Below are positions 1-11,392 of a stretch of 64,000 nucleotides of DNA, piece after piece (position 1 is the stretch's first letter; each line of letters begins with the position of its first letter). Made by a program: the position numbers and the translations under genes. The DNA is from Bacteroidales bacterium (lineage in GTDB: Bacteria > Bacteroidota > Bacteroidia > Bacteroidales > UBA932), in the NCBI GenBank assembly GCA_017550655.1, contig JAFZOK010000023.1:7047-71046 (forward strand), given 5' to 3'. A model generated the notes under the pieces. It was given only the letters and a program-made list of their open reading frames with translations. It did no database searches and was not told the origin of the DNA.

Positions 1-1436
1 ACGAATACCTCCTCGAGGTAAGAGACACAAAGAGAGGACCTGAGGAACTGACCAAGGACATTCCTAACGTCAGCGACGACGCTACCAGAAACCTGGACGA
101 GAACGGTATCATCCGTATCGGCGCTACAGTACAGCCGGGCGACATCCTCATCGGAAAGATCACTCCTAAGGGAGAGACCGATCCGTCACCTGAGGAGAAA
201 CTGCTGAGAGCTATTTTCGGCGACAAGGCAGGAGACGTCAAGGACGCTTCCCTGAAAGCATCCGCATCCCTTACCGGAACCGTCATCGGTAAGAGGCTCT
301 TCTGCAAGGCCGGCCAGGGCAAGATGACCGACAAGGAGAGAAAGAACTTCAAGGCCAGGATGAAGGAAGAAGTCAAGAAAGCAGAAGAGGACTACACTAA
401 GAAGTGCTCGGAGCTTAAGGCTTCCTTCATAGACAAGCTTCTTACTATTCTGGGCAAGAAGACTTCCCAGGGCGTAACAGACATCTTCGGAACCGTTCTT
501 ATCGCCAAGGGAAACAACTTCAGGAAAGATGTGCTGGAATCCATAGACAACTTTGAGCAGGTTAACCCGGCCAAGTGGACTGCGGACAAGCACACAAACG
601 AGCTGACCAGATCTCTTATCCGCAACTATCTGACTGCTCTCAAGGACATTACCGCCAAATTCAAGAGGCGCCAGTTCGACATCCAGCAGGGTGACGAGCT
701 TCCTAACGGAGTAATGCAGGTAGCAAAGGTTTACATTGCCAAGAAGAGAAAGATCATGGTCGGCGACAAGGTTGCGGGACGTCACGGAAACAAGGGTATC
801 GTGGCCCGCATAGTCAGCGACGAGGACATGCCGTTTATGGAAGACGGTACGATTATGGATATCGTGCTCAACCCTCTGGGCGTGCCTTCACGTATGAACC
901 TCGGACAGATCTACGAGACCGTTCTCGGATGGGCCGGAAAGGAACTTGGAGTCAAGTTCGCCACCCCTATCTTCGACGGAGCTTCTCTGGAGAACATCTG
1001 CGAGTACACGAACAAGGCAGGACTGCCTAGGTATGGTACAACCAGACTCAGAGACGGCGGAACCGGAGAACTGTTCGACCAGCCAGCTACCGTGGGCGTC
1101 ATCTACATGATAAAACTCGACCACATGGTTGAGGACAAGATGCACGCACGTTCAACCGGCCCTTACTCTCTGATCACCCAGCAGCCTCTCGGAGGAAAGG
1201 CACAGCTTGGAGGCCAGAGATTCGGAGAAATGGAGGTTTGGGCGCTGGAAGCATTCGGCGCAGCCAACATCCTTCAGGAGATCCTGACAATCAAGTCAGA
1301 CGATATCACCGGAAGAAGCCGCGCATACGAGGCTATCGTCAAGGGCGAGCCTATGCCGGCACCTAACATTCCGGAATCTCTGAACGTGCTCCTGCACGAG
1401 CTCAGAGGTCTGGGATTGAGCGTTCACTTGGATTAA
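1..1436 (+). CDS. rpoB: DNA-directed RNA polymerase beta subunit, C-terminal part (5' end lies outside the window; codons start at nt 3)
   Basis: Frame 3 is open from nt 3 ([16 protein letters not shown]...) to the TAA at 1434-1436. Conserved beta C-terminal blocks are present ([33 protein letters not shown]). rpoC follows 24 nt later. The ORF-track entry 324..1436 covers only the part after the first internal Met. Confidence 0.97.
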   Translation, partial: EYLLEVRDTKRGPEELTKDIPNVSDDATRNLDENGIIRIGATVQPGDILIGKITPKGETDPSPEEKLLRAIFGDKAGDVKDASLKASASLTGTVIGKRLFCKAGQGKMTDKERKNFKARMKEEVKKAEEDYTKKCSELKASFIDKLLTILGKKTSQGVTDIFGTVLIAKGNNFRKDVLESIDNFEQVNPAKWTADKHTNELTRSLIRNYLTALKDITAKFKRRQFDIQQGDELPNGVMQVAKVYIAKKRKIMVGDKVAGRHGNKGIVARIVSDEDMPFMEDGTIMDIVLNPLGVPSRMNLGQIYETVLGWAGKELGVKFATPIFDGASLENICEYTNKAGLPRYGTTRLRDGGTGELFDQPATVGVIYMIKLDHMVEDKMHARSTGPYSLITQQPLGGKAQLGGQRFGEMEVWALEAFGAANILQEILTIKSDDITGRSRAYEAIVKGEPMPAPNIPESLNVLLHELRGLGLSVHLD

Positions 1437-1460
1437 TCGGTAACTTAGAAATCTATCATT

Positions 1461-4400
1461 ATGAATTTAAAGAAAGATACAAAGGTTAAGAGCAATTTCA
1501 GCAAGATTTCAATCGGTCTTGCCTCTCCGGAAGAAATCCTGGAGAGGTCTCACGGTGAAGTCCTCAAGCCGGAAACTGTTAACTACCGCACCTACAAGCC
1601 CGAAAGGGACGGTCTTTTCTGCGAGAGAATCTTCGGTCCTACAAAGGATTACGAGTGCTCCTGCGGAAAGTACAAGAGGATCCGCTACCGCGGAATCGTC
1701 TGCGACCGCTGCGGTGTGGAAGTTACCGAGAAAAAAGTAAGAAGGGAAAGGATGGGACACATATCCCTTACCGTTCCTGTAGCTCATATATGGTATTTCC
1801 GCTCCACTCCAAACAAGATCGGTTCGCTTCTCGGCATCAAGAGCAAGCAGCTGGATTCCATCATATACTATGAAAGGTATGTGGTTATCCAGCCTGGCGT
1901 TGCAGCCGAGAAGGGAGTAAGGGAACTGGATCTCCTCAGCGAAGATGAATATCTCGCTCTGACAGAGACTCTTCCTAAGGAGAATGCTATGCTCCCGGAC
2001 GACGACCCTAACAAGTTTGTCGCCGAGATGGGTGCAGGCGCTATCTACAAGCTCCTTGCAAAGATCGACCTTGAAAATCTCGCTGCCGATCTCCGCCACT
2101 CACTGGAAACGGAGACCAGCCAGCAGAGAAAAACGGAAGCGCTCAAGAGACTCAGCATCATAGAGGCCTTCAGGGATTCCAAGGATATCAACCGCCCAGA
2201 GTGGATGATACTCAAGGTTATTCCTGTAACCCCTCCCGATCTGAGACCTTTGGTTCCGCTGGATGGAGGAAGGTTTGCAACTTCAGACCTCAACGACCTT
2301 TACAGAAGAGTTATCATACGTAACAACCGTCTGAAGAAACTCATCGAGATAAAGGCCCCTGAGGTAATTCTCCGAAACGAGAAGAGAATGCTCCAGGAGG
2401 CAGTGGATTCCCTGTTCGACAACTCGAAGAAGTCCAATACCATCAAGAGCGAATCCAACAGGGCTCTCAAGTCTCTGTCCGATTCCCTCAAGGGTAAGCA
2501 GGGAAGATTCCGCCAGAACCTCCTCGGTAAGAGAGTCGACTACTCTGCACGTTCAGTTATCGTCGTAGGACCAGAACTGAAGATGCACGAGTGCGGACTT
2601 CCAAAGTTCATCGCCGCTGAGCTTTACAAGCCGTTTATCATCCGCAAGCTTCTGGAAAGAGGCGTGGTCAAGACCGTAAAGAGCGCAAAGAAAATGGTCG
2701 ACCGCAAGGATTCCGTAATCTGGGACATCCTGGAGAACGTGATGAAGGGCCATCCGGTTCTTCTTAACCGTGCTCCTACCCTCCACAGGCTCGGTATCCA
2801 GGCTTTCCAGCCTAAGCTCATCGAGGGCAAGGCCATTCAGCTTCACCCTCTGGCTTGTACGGCATTCAACGCAGACTTCGACGGAGACCAGATGGCGGTT
2901 CACCTCCCTCTGGGAAATGCAGCAGTGCTTGAGGCACAGTTGCTTATGCTCGGAAGCCATAACATCCTCAACCCTGCCAACGGAGCCCCTATCACCGTTC
3001 CTTCACAGGATATGGTGCTCGGACTCTACTACATTACAAAGGAAAGGGCAGGAATGAAGGGAGAAGGCGGAAGATTCTATTCTCCTGAAGAAGTCATCAT
3101 AGCCTACAACGAACAGAGACTGGACATCCATTCCAAGATTTCTGTCCGTCTTCCTATCGACCTGATAGATCCTTCAAAGGGCTATCATCTGGTGGATACA
3201 ACTACCGGCCGTATCCTCTTCAACCAGGTGGTTCCTAAGGAAGTGGGCTATCTCAACACCCTGATTAACAAGAAAGCGCTCAGAGATATCATCTCTCTTG
3301 TTATCAAGACTTGCGGAGTCATGAGGACAACCCAGTTCCTTGACGATATCAAGAATATGGGTTACCTGATGGCATTCCGCGGAGGACTTAGCTTCAACCT
3401 CGGAAACGTAATTGTTCCGGCAGGAAAGCAAAAGCTCATCGATGATGGTTACAAGAAGGCCGACGAGGTTAAGTTCAACTTCGACAACGGTCTGATAACC
3501 AACAACGAGCGTTACAACCAGATTATCGATATCTGGACTAATGTAAACAATGAGCTCAGTAAGGTTGTGGTCAAGGAAATCTCTGCAGACAACGAAGGAT
3601 TCAATCCGGTATGGATGATGCTGGACTCCGGAGCCCGTGGTTCCAAGGAGCAGATCCGTCAGCTCTGCGGTATGAGAGGTCTGATGGCCAAGCCACAGAA
3701 ATCAGGTGCTACAGGAGGTAACGAGATTATCGAGAACCCTATCCTTGCAAACTTCAAGGAAGGTCTTTCCGTGCTCGAGTACTTTATCTCCACACACGGT
3801 GCCCGTAAGGGTCTTGCCGATACCGCGCTTAAGACTGCAGACGCAGGTTATCTTACCAGAAGACTTGTGGATGTATCTCACGACGTGATAGTTACGGAAG
3901 AAGACTGCGGCACCCTCAGAGGACTTGTAGCAACCGAAATCAAAAACAAGGACGAAGTTGTGGAGACTCTCTACGACAGAATCCTCGGTAGAACAACAGT
4001 TCACGAAATTTACGATCCTACAAACGGAGAACTCATCATCGGTGCAGGTGAGGAAATCACAGAAGAGATTGCCGCCAAGATCGAGAGCCTCCCTATCGAG
4101 GCCGTCGAGATCCGAAGCGTGCTCACCTGCGAGAGCAAGAAGGGCGTCTGCGCCAAGTGCTACGGACGTAACCTTGCACGCAACAAGATGGTCGAGACCG
4201 GTGAGGTTGTGGGCGTTATCGCCGCACAGAGTATCGGTGAGCCTGGTACACAGCTTACTTTGAGAACATTCCACGTCGGAGGTACTGCAAGTGCTTCTGT
4301 CGCCGAGAATGAAATCGTCTCCAAGTATGACGGAAGGCTCGAATTCGAAGAGCTCCGCACCCTGGACAAGATAGACGAAACCGGTCAGAAACAGACCATC

Positions 4401-5762
4401 GTCATCGGCCGCGGCACTGAGCTCAGGATTGTAAACGCGGATAGCGGAATTTCCATGTCCGAATACCGAATCCCTTACGGTTCAATTCTTTACAAGAAGA
4501 ATAACGAACTCGTGAAGAAGGGAGACAAGATCTGCGAATGGGATGCATACAACGCTCTCACACTCGCCGATGTTGACGGTAAGATCGCATACGACCAGCT
4601 GGTTGAAGGAGAAACATTCAAGTCTGAGCTGCTTGACGAATTCTCCAACCACGTAGATAGAGTCGTTGTTGATTCCAAGGACAAGAACAAGAACCCTGTA
4701 ATCAAGATTGTGGACGCAGAAGGAAACGAGCTCAAGAGTTACAACCTCCCTCTGGGTGCGCATATTATGGTATCTGACGGACAGGAAGTCAAGGCCGGAG
4801 ACATTCTGGTCAAGATTCCTAGAGCCGCCTCCTCAAAGGCCGGAGACATCACGGGAGGTCTTCCTAGAGTCACCGAGCTCTTCGAGGCGCGTAACCCTTC
4901 CAACCCAGCTATCGTCGCCGAGATTAACGGAGACGTACAGATGGGCAAGATCAAGAGGGGTAACCGCGAGATCATAATCAAATCCCGTCGCGGAGACATC
5001 GAGAAACACTACCTGGTTCCGACAACCAAGCAGATTCTCGTCCAGGAGAACGACTATGTGAAAGCCGGAGACGCGCTTTCAGACGGTAGCATCGCTCCTG
5101 CAGACATTCTCCGTATCCTCGGTCCTACCAAGGTCCAGGAGTACATCGTCAACGAGGTACAGGCGGTTTACAGAATGCAGGGTGTGAAGATCAACGACAA
5201 GCACTTTGAAGTCATTGTCCGTCAGATGATGCGCAAGGTGCAGGTTGTGGATCCGGGAGATACCCGCTTCCTTCCTGAACAGCTTGTGGACCGTCAGGAA
5301 TTCTTCAAGCAGAACGACGAGCTTTGGGACAAGATGGTAATACTGGATGCCGGAGATTCCAAGAACCTCCGTGCCGGCCAGATTGTCACCGTCCGCGCTC
5401 TTAAGGACGAGAACTCTATCCTCAAGCGCCAGGCCCTGAAGACCGTTACCGCACGCAATGCCGTTCCCGCAACAGCAGACCAGATTCTCCAGGGTATCAC
5501 AAGAGCCGCTCTGAAGACAAACAGCTTCATGAGTGCAGCTTCCTTCCAGGAGACGACCAAGGTACTCTCCGAGGCCGCAATCTACGGAAAGACAGATACT
5601 TTGGAAGGTCTGAAGGAGAACGTGATCTGCGGACATCCAATACCTGCCGGTACAGGTATGAGAGATTACGAACAGATTGTCGTAACCAGCGCTGAAGAAT
5701 ACCGCAAGATGATGAAAGCTCAGGCAGAGCTTGCAGCTCAGGCAGCTTCGTCTGAACAGTAA
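1461..5762 (+). CDS. rpoC: DNA-directed RNA polymerase beta' subunit
   Basis: 1433-aa ORF with the N-terminal zinc ribbon ([20 protein letters not shown]) and the catalytic [12 protein letters not shown] motif, in canonical position after rpoB. Confidence 0.98.
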   Translation: MNLKKDTKVKSNFSKISIGLASPEEILERSHGEVLKPETVNYRTYKPERDGLFCERIFGPTKDYECSCGKYKRIRYRGIVCDRCGVEVTEKKVRRERMGHISLTVPVAHIWYFRSTPNKIGSLLGIKSKQLDSIIYYERYVVIQPGVAAEKGVRELDLLSEDEYLALTETLPKENAMLPDDDPNKFVAEMGAGAIYKLLAKIDLENLAADLRHSLETETSQQRKTEALKRLSIIEAFRDSKDINRPEWMILKVIPVTPPDLRPLVPLDGGRFATSDLNDLYRRVIIRNNRLKKLIEIKAPEVILRNEKRMLQEAVDSLFDNSKKSNTIKSESNRALKSLSDSLKGKQGRFRQNLLGKRVDYSARSVIVVGPELKMHECGLPKFIAAELYKPFIIRKLLERGVVKTVKSAKKMVDRKDSVIWDILENVMKGHPVLLNRAPTLHRLGIQAFQPKLIEGKAIQLHPLACTAFNADFDGDQMAVHLPLGNAAVLEAQLLMLGSHNILNPANGAPITVPSQDMVLGLYYITKERAGMKGEGGRFYSPEEVIIAYNEQRLDIHSKISVRLPIDLIDPSKGYHLVDTTTGRILFNQVVPKEVGYLNTLINKKALRDIISLVIKTCGVMRTTQFLDDIKNMGYLMAFRGGLSFNLGNVIVPAGKQKLIDDGYKKADEVKFNFDNGLITNNERYNQIIDIWTNVNNELSKVVVKEISADNEGFNPVWMMLDSGARGSKEQIRQLCGMRGLMAKPQKSGATGGNEIIENPILANFKEGLSVLEYFISTHGARKGLADTALKTADAGYLTRRLVDVSHDVIVTEEDCGTLRGLVATEIKNKDEVVETLYDRILGRTTVHEIYDPTNGELIIGAGEEITEEIAAKIESLPIEAVEIRSVLTCESKKGVCAKCYGRNLARNKMVETGEVVGVIAAQSIGEPGTQLTLRTFHVGGTASASVAENEIVSKYDGRLEFEELRTLDKIDETGQKQTIVIGRGTELRIVNADSGISMSEYRIPYGSILYKKNNELVKKGDKICEWDAYNALTLADVDGKIAYDQLVEGETFKSELLDEFSNHVDRVVVDSKDKNKNPVIKIVDAEGNELKSYNLPLGAHIMVSDGQEVKAGDILVKIPRAASSKAGDITGGLPRVTELFEARNPSNPAIVAEINGDVQMGKIKRGNREIIIKSRRGDIEKHYLVPTTKQILVQENDYVKAGDALSDGSIAPADILRILGPTKVQEYIVNEVQAVYRMQGVKINDKHFEVIVRQMMRKVQVVDPGDTRFLPEQLVDRQEFFKQNDELWDKMVILDAGDSKNLRAGQIVTVRALKDENSILKRQALKTVTARNAVPATADQILQGITRAALKTNSFMSAASFQETTKVLSEAAIYGKTDTLEGLKENVICGHPIPAGTGMRDYEQIVVTSAEEYRKMMKAQAELAAQAASSEQ

Positions 5763-5786
5763 TCGGAAGTTTTACCAAAACTGAAG

Positions 5787-5817
5787 GGGATGACTGAAAG
5801 GCCATCCCCTTTTTTTG
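5787..5817 (+). terminator. Rho-independent terminator of rpoBC
   Basis: GGGGATG (5787-5793), a 10-nt loop, CATCCCC (5804-5810), then a T-run, 25 nt after the rpoC stop. Confidence 0.8.
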
Positions 5818-5818
5818 C

Positions 5819-5826
5819 TATTTTTG
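5819..5826 (+). promoter_or_regulatory. Candidate Bacteroides-type -7 box (TATTTTTG)
   Basis: Matches the TAnnTTTG consensus 36 nt upstream of ATG 5863. The same extended string TGCTATTTTTGT recurs upstream of parA and, on the minus strand, upstream of the gene starting at 57160. Confidence 0.35.
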
Positions 5827-5862
5827 TCTCCGCGATTGCAAATAACAACAATACATCTATAT

Positions 5863-6984
5863 ATGAAAAAACTATTCATTCTGGCTGTAGCCACTTTTGC
5901 AGCACTGAGCTGCACAGAGAAAAAGGCTGGTTACACCGTTACCGTAAACACGGAAGATGAGGGCTTTACAAGCTTCATCCTCACTAACCGCGACAAAGAA
6001 AACCCAGTTGCAGACACTGCTGCTGTAGTTGACAAGAAAGCCGTATTCACAGGAAACGTCGAGGGATTCGACATCCGTTCCATCATGGGAGTAAAGGAAG
6101 GAGAAGAGCCTGTTCAGATTGCAAGATTCTTCCTTGAGAATGCAGACTACACCATCAGCTTCACTCCGGACGGAAATCATTTCCATTCAACAATAGAGTC
6201 CAACGGACCTATCCAGATGGAAAAGGACTCTCTCGAAAACCTGATAAAAGCAGCTTACGGAGAAACCGATATGGACGCTCTGGAAAAGGAGTATATGGCA
6301 GGAGACGCCAAGGTTAAGGATTCCATCTGGGCCATCGTACAGCCTCTGCTGCAGAAGGGAGAAGAAGTTGAGAATGAGTACTATGCAAACAACCCTCTCT
6401 CCGTTCTGACTATGGAAGAAGCATATTCGGCTATCAGATATTCTCAGATAAGCCTCGATTCCGCAAAGAAGGTGATTGAGAGATATGCCGCTGTTCCTGC
6501 AGTTGCCGGCACCAGGCTTATGAAGAATATGCAGAAAGAATATGACAAGAGAGAATCTCTGGCTCCGGGAAACCAGGCACCTGACTTCACTCTCAACGAT
6601 CCTGACGGAAACCCTGTAACCTTCTCCGAGGTTTATCCTAAGAACAAGGTTACTATGGTTGACTTCTGGGCTTCCTGGTGCGGACCATGCCGCCGTTTCA
6701 ATCCTACCCTTACCCAGATTTACGCAAAGTACAGCAAGAAAGGCTTCGGCATTCTTGGAGTTTCTCTGGACAGCGACAAGGACAAGTGGGTTGAGGCTAT
6801 ATCAAAAGACAAGCTAGTGTGGCAGCATGTCTCCGATCTCAAGTTCTGGGATAGCGAGGCCGGCAAGCTCTATAGCATCAGCTCAATACCTCAGAGCTAC
6901 TTCGTAGACAGCGAAGGCAAGATTCTGCTTGCATCGCCTTCCGAGGAGCAGATCGAAAGCTTCCTTGAAGAGTATCTGAAATAA
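5863..6984 (+). CDS. TlpA/AhpC-TSA family thiol:disulfide oxidoreductase lipoprotein
   Basis: Start placed at ATG 5863, which gives a lipoprotein signal (MKKLFILAVATFAALSC); the ORF-track start 5815 is a TTG inside the promoter/terminator region. The C-terminal thioredoxin fold carries the WCGPC centre (DFWASWCGPCRRF). Confidence 0.8.
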   Translation: MKKLFILAVATFAALSCTEKKAGYTVTVNTEDEGFTSFILTNRDKENPVADTAAVVDKKAVFTGNVEGFDIRSIMGVKEGEEPVQIARFFLENADYTISFTPDGNHFHSTIESNGPIQMEKDSLENLIKAAYGETDMDALEKEYMAGDAKVKDSIWAIVQPLLQKGEEVENEYYANNPLSVLTMEEAYSAIRYSQISLDSAKKVIERYAAVPAVAGTRLMKNMQKEYDKRESLAPGNQAPDFTLNDPDGNPVTFSEVYPKNKVTMVDFWASWCGPCRRFNPTLTQIYAKYSKKGFGILGVSLDSDKDKWVEAISKDKLVWQHVSDLKFWDSEAGKLYSISSIPQSYFVDSEGKILLASPSEEQIESFLEEYLK

Positions 6985-6989
6985 GACAG

Positions 6990-8018
6990 TTAAGAGCGGG
7001 GCAGTTCCAGGTGGGCCTCCACTATCTGAAGGCCGCCGGCCGAGCGGATGTCCACGGCACCCAGTTCAGCAGGTATAAGGAACAGGTCCCCATCCTTTAT
7101 GGTTTGGCTCTGGCGAATGCAGCCGGAGCCAAATTCTTTATAGAAGAGAGTTCCTTCTCCCCCTGTGCAGACAATCACGGTAAAGGATTCCCAGCGCGAA
7201 TTGTCCAGGTGGAAGAAATTCTCCACGCCGCACTCCGGACGGCAGAAGGAGTCAAAATTAATGAAGGAACTTGTAAAGTGAGGGCATCTTGCAAGCGGCA
7301 CTTCCCCTCCGTTGCTGTCGAACACATTGCGCTGGATTTCAACATATTCCTCCTGCTTTTCCTCAAAGTCTATGGCGTCAAGCGCATCCTCAAGATCCAG
7401 ATGGCGCCTTTTGCCTTCTATGTCCACGCGGTTGAAGTCATAAAGCCTGTATGTGACATCTGAAGGCTGCTGGATTTCAAGAATTCGGGTCCCCGCTCCG
7501 ATGCTGTGAACGGTTCCGGCAGGAATGAAATACCAGTCTCCCGGTTTCGGACAGAAACGGTTAAGGACATCCTCAAGGGTTTTCTCTCCCTTGAGGACAT
7601 CTTTCTCCTGAATGGAATTGCTCACAATCTGGGCAAACTCCTTCTTTGAAAACTTCTTGGAAAATCCCAGGAGAAGCTCGGAATCCTTCTCAGCCTCAAG
7701 CACATACCACATCTCAGTCTTTCCGTTTGGAAGGCCTTTGCGGTCTGCCATCTCATCTCCCGGATGAACCTGTACGGAAAGCTGGTCTCTGGAGTTGATG
7801 TACTTTACAAGAAGAGGAAAACGGCCTCCGAATTTTTTCCACACGCGTTTACCTACGAGTCTTTCTCCATATTTGGCAACAAGAGCGGACAATTCCAAAG
7901 AGGTATCCTCGCCGGTAAGGCATACGGTCTCCCTTCCCTCCATCGCAGAGAGAATCCAATCCTCGCCTCCCCAAATTGTACCTATCCTTACAGGCTTGAA
8001 CTTCAAAGGTTTGATCAT
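6990..8018 (-). CDS. manA: Mannose-6-phosphate isomerase, type I
   Basis: 342 aa with cupin-type PMI signatures: QVHPGDEMA, GKTEMWYVLEAE, WYFIPAGTVHSIGAG. Confidence 0.85.
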   Translation of the reverse strand: MIKPLKFKPVRIGTIWGGEDWILSAMEGRETVCLTGEDTSLELSALVAKYGERLVGKRVWKKFGGRFPLLVKYINSRDQLSVQVHPGDEMADRKGLPNGKTEMWYVLEAEKDSELLLGFSKKFSKKEFAQIVSNSIQEKDVLKGEKTLEDVLNRFCPKPGDWYFIPAGTVHSIGAGTRILEIQQPSDVTYRLYDFNRVDIEGKRRHLDLEDALDAIDFEEKQEEYVEIQRNVFDSNGGEVPLARCPHFTSSFINFDSFCRPECGVENFFHLDNSRWESFTVIVCTGGEGTLFYKEFGSGCIRQSQTIKDGDLFLIPAELGAVDIRSAGGLQIVEAHLELPRS

Positions 8019-8036
8019 CGGCTCCAGTCTCTTGTC

Positions 8037-10283
8037 TTATAGAATGTTAAGTGCAACGGTAACTCCCGCCATCACAATGGAAACCATACTCATAAGCTTG
8101 ATAAGTATGTTCAGCGACGGGCCGCTGGTGTCCTTGAACGGATCGCCAACAGTATCTCCGACAACGGTAGCCTTGTGGGCGTATGAACCCTTGCCTCCGA
8201 AGTGTCCTTCCTCAACATATTTCTTGGCATTGTCCCAAGCTCCTCCGGAATTAGCCATAAACACGGCAAGAACGAATCCGCTGCTCAGGCCTCCAATCAG
8301 AAGACCCAGAACTCCGGAAACTCCGAGAACTATTCCAACTACCACAGGAGCGGCAATGGCAAGGAGTGAACTTCCTATCATCTCCTTTTGGGCGCTGCGG
8401 GTGGAAATCTCTACGCAACGTGCATAGTCCGGAGTGCTTGTCCCTTCCAGGATTCCCTTGTCCGAGTTGAACTGGCGCCTTACTTCCTCCACCATCTTCT
8501 TGGCGGCCCTTCCCACGGAACCCATAGTGAGACCGCAGAACAGGAAAGCCAGCATAGCGCCGATAAACACTCCCACCAGAACCTTAGGGTTCATGAGATT
8601 GACGTCGAACCAGGTCATGAAGTCTGCAAACCCCGCATTGTGGAGAGCCTCCTTGCTGTCTATACTTAGAGACTGAACGTTGAGGTTGCGGATAGCGGCC
8701 TCCAGTCCGGAAGTGTCCGCAACCCTGAGGAGGGCAATCTTGATTTCCTCTATGTAAGAAGCCAGCAGAGCCAGAGCCGTAAGGGCGGCGCTTCCTATAG
8801 CGAATCCCTTGCCGGTGGCTGCGGTTGTGTTTCCAAGAGCATCCAGAATGTCTGTGCGGTCTCTGACCTCAGGATCTAGTTCACTCATCTGCGCGTTTCC
8901 GCCGGCATTATCTGCAATTGGGCCGTAAGCATCTGTAGCCAAAGTAATTCCAAGAGTTGAAAGCATACCCACGGCGGCAATTCCTATACCGTAAAGTCCG
9001 AGGGAAAGATTCTCCTTGGAAAGCAAGCTTCCGGTAAATTCCGTGGCGCAAAGGTAAGCCAGAATGATGGCCGCGCCAATTGTGATAACAGGAATGGCAG
9101 TGGAAATCATACCGGTTCCCACACCGGAGATGATAACTGTAGCAGGCCCTGTCTCCGCATTCTCAGCGATTCTCTTTGTCGGACGGAAAGAGTGGGAAGT
9201 ATAGTATTCCGTGGTCTTTCCTATGATGATACCGGCTATAAGTCCGGTAACGACAGAGAAGGATATTCCCAGCCAGTGGGTAAGTCCCAAAGCATACAAT
9301 ATTATAAAGGAGAAAACGGCTATCAGCACCGACGCGAAATTGACTCCCAGGTTGAGGGATTTCATAAGCTGCGCCATATTGGCCTTCTCCTTTGTCCTTA
9401 CCAGGAAGATTCCTATCACTGAGAGGAAAACTCCGACTGCGGCAATCAGCATAGGGGCGAAAACTGCCTTGAGCTGCATTCCTCCGGAACCTATAAAGGC
9501 GGATGCGCCAAGAGCGGCGGTAGCAAGCACGCTTCCGCAATAGGACTCGTAAAGGTCCGCTCCCATACCGGCAACGTCTCCTACATTGTCTCCAACGTTA
9601 TCCGCAATGGTTGCAGGATTCCTCGGGTCATCCTCAGGAATTCCGGCCTCGGTCTTTCCAACGAGATCCGCTCCCACGTCTGCGGCCTTGGTATAGATTC
9701 CGCCGCCGACCCTGGCGAACAGAGCCTGGGTGGAAGCACCCATTCCGAAAGTAAGCATCGTAGTGGTGATGATCGTGAGTTTCTGGGCCGCATCTGCCGG
9801 ATTGATGAAATAATCCAGCACCATATACCATATAGATATATCAAGGAGTCCGAGGCCCACAACCGTAAGTCCCATAACCGCACCGCTGCGGAAAGCCACC
9901 TTCAGGCCGCTGTTGAGAGACTTGCGGGCGGCGTTTGCCGTACGGGCGGAAGCGTATGTGGCGGTCCTCATTCCGATGTAGCCTGCCAGGCCGCTGAAGA
10001 AACCACCGGTAAGGAAGGCGAACGGAACCCATCCGTTCTGGATTCCCAGCCCGTAAGCCAGGAAAGCGAAAATCGCGGCAAGAACCACGAACACTATTAT
10101 GACTATCTTGTACTGCTGCTTAAGATAAGCCATAGCACCCTGGCGTACATAAGAAGCAATCTCCCTCATTCTGGGGGTGCCTTCGTCCTGACGAAGCATC
10201 TGACGGTAAAACAGGAACGCGAATCCAAGCGCCACCAAAGATGCGGCAGGAACCAGATAAAACAGTAAAGAGGTTGTATCCAT
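8037..10283 (-). CDS. hppA: Membrane-integral pyrophosphatase (ion-translocating, K+-dependent subtype)
   Basis: 748-aa polytopic protein with GGIYTKAADVGADLVGK, DNVGDNVGD and GDTVGDPFKDTSGPS. The GNTTAA motif (Ala rather than Lys) is the published signature of K+-dependent enzymes. H+ versus Na+ specificity cannot be read from the sequence. Confidence 0.95.
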   Translation of the reverse strand: MDTTSLLFYLVPAASLVALGFAFLFYRQMLRQDEGTPRMREIASYVRQGAMAYLKQQYKIVIIVFVVLAAIFAFLAYGLGIQNGWVPFAFLTGGFFSGLAGYIGMRTATYASARTANAARKSLNSGLKVAFRSGAVMGLTVVGLGLLDISIWYMVLDYFINPADAAQKLTIITTTMLTFGMGASTQALFARVGGGIYTKAADVGADLVGKTEAGIPEDDPRNPATIADNVGDNVGDVAGMGADLYESYCGSVLATAALGASAFIGSGGMQLKAVFAPMLIAAVGVFLSVIGIFLVRTKEKANMAQLMKSLNLGVNFASVLIAVFSFIILYALGLTHWLGISFSVVTGLIAGIIIGKTTEYYTSHSFRPTKRIAENAETGPATVIISGVGTGMISTAIPVITIGAAIILAYLCATEFTGSLLSKENLSLGLYGIGIAAVGMLSTLGITLATDAYGPIADNAGGNAQMSELDPEVRDRTDILDALGNTTAATGKGFAIGSAALTALALLASYIEEIKIALLRVADTSGLEAAIRNLNVQSLSIDSKEALHNAGFADFMTWFDVNLMNPKVLVGVFIGAMLAFLFCGLTMGSVGRAAKKMVEEVRRQFNSDKGILEGTSTPDYARCVEISTRSAQKEMIGSSLLAIAAPVVVGIVLGVSGVLGLLIGGLSSGFVLAVFMANSGGAWDNAKKYVEEGHFGGKGSYAHKATVVGDTVGDPFKDTSGPSLNILIKLMSMVSIVMAGVTVALNIL

Positions 10284-10309
10284 ACTCTAACTTTTATAAA
10301 AGATTTAAA

Positions 10310-11170
10310 TTATATTCCCAAAGATACAAAAATTTTATTTTCCAGACGTGCAATTTCACTTTCATTTAGTAAGCCCTCCGCAATAACCTGTCTGATCACC
10401 GACTCTGCAAGATACTGCAAAGTATCTGTCTTTGAACCTGTTGTGGCGATAACAATTTTCTGTCCACCCGTTAGAGAGTTAGCGTTTTCCCTAGCTGAAA
10501 CCCTATTTTTACGCACTTTTTCAAGGAGTTGGCGGGCTCTCTTTGCCACTGCAGGTGCCGGATTGATAACAATCAATTTGTCAGAGGACACCTTCCTGAT
10601 CAGAGGTTCCAGGAACGGATAGTGAGTGCATCCCAGGACCACGCAGTCCGCACCGGCCCCTATCATAGGATCAAGATATTTCTTTACAAGAGCCTCTGCC
10701 TCAGGAGATTGTGTATCGCCATTCTCTACGAGCTCAACCAGTCCGTCCCCCACTTCCTCTATGATTTTCACCTCTTTACGGCGGGCATACTTTTCAGAAG
10801 TAGCCTTATAGAGGCTTCCCTGCAATGTTCCGTGGGTTGCCAGCACCCCTATCACTCCCGTCTTGGTCAAAGTGGCGGCCGGTTTGACTGCCGGTTCCAT
10901 CCCAACAAACGGAATATCAAAGGTTTGCCTTAGTCCTTCTATAGCCGCTGCTGTTGCTGTATTACAGGCCACCACGATGATTTCAGCTCCCCTTTCAATA
11001 AGAAATCTGGATATCGCGGAGACTCTTTTCAATATCATTTCCTTACTTTTTCTGCCATAAGGACAGTATGCCGCATCTGAAATATAGAAGTAATCCTCTG
11101 AGGGCATTATCTTTATGAGCTCCTTCCAAACTGAAAGGCCTCCGGCTCCCGAATCAAATATACCTATCAT
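10310..11170 (-). CDS. murI: Glutamate racemase
   Basis: 286 aa with IGIFDSGAGG at the N-terminus and the two catalytic Cys contexts VVACNTA and VLGCTHYP. Confidence 0.92.
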   Translation of the reverse strand: MIGIFDSGAGGLSVWKELIKIMPSEDYFYISDAAYCPYGRKSKEMILKRVSAISRFLIERGAEIIVVACNTATAAAIEGLRQTFDIPFVGMEPAVKPAATLTKTGVIGVLATHGTLQGSLYKATSEKYARRKEVKIIEEVGDGLVELVENGDTQSPEAEALVKKYLDPMIGAGADCVVLGCTHYPFLEPLIRKVSSDKLIVINPAPAVAKRARQLLEKVRKNRVSARENANSLTGGQKIVIATTGSKTDTLQYLAESVIRQVIAEGLLNESEIARLENKIFVSLGI

Positions 11171-11210
11171 ATATAAGGCGTTTTAGCAAACCTTGCGGCT
11201 GCATCCACCA

Positions 11211-11218
11211 CAAATATA
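11211..11218 (-). promoter_or_regulatory. Candidate -7 box (TATATTTG on the minus strand) for murI-hppA-manA
   Basis: TAnnTTTG match 40 nt upstream of the murI ATG, in an AT-rich divergent intergenic region. Confidence 0.35.
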
Positions 11219-11279
11219 ACATAAATGTTGCATTTTTTCATTAAAAAATAAAAGCAACTGAAAATAGTTGTTCAAAAGT

Positions 11280-11311
11280 TTTGTCAATTGAGATAAATTT
11301 CAGTATCTTGC
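11280..11311 (+). promoter_or_regulatory. Candidate promoter of the Sus-like locus (-33 TTTG, 20-nt spacer, -7 TATCTTGC)
   Basis: TTTG at 11280-11283 and TATCTTGC at 11304-11311. The spacing fits the Bacteroides primary-sigma promoter architecture, and the leader to ATG 11393 would be about 80 nt. Confidence 0.4.
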
Positions 11312-11392
11312 ACCCCTAAACTAAAGCCAACCGAACCAATTTATTATTAACAAATAAACAACACTACTTAAAATTAACTAAAAATCAACCAA

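Noticed and set aside
5815-5862. Upstream alternative starts offered by the ORF track (TTG 5815, 16970, 31630, 41734, 41675, 57788, TTG 43704, TTG 52370, GTG 57166).
   Set aside because: In each case a downstream ATG yields a canonical signal peptide or conserved N-terminus, and the extension overlaps a terminator, a promoter or the preceding gene.
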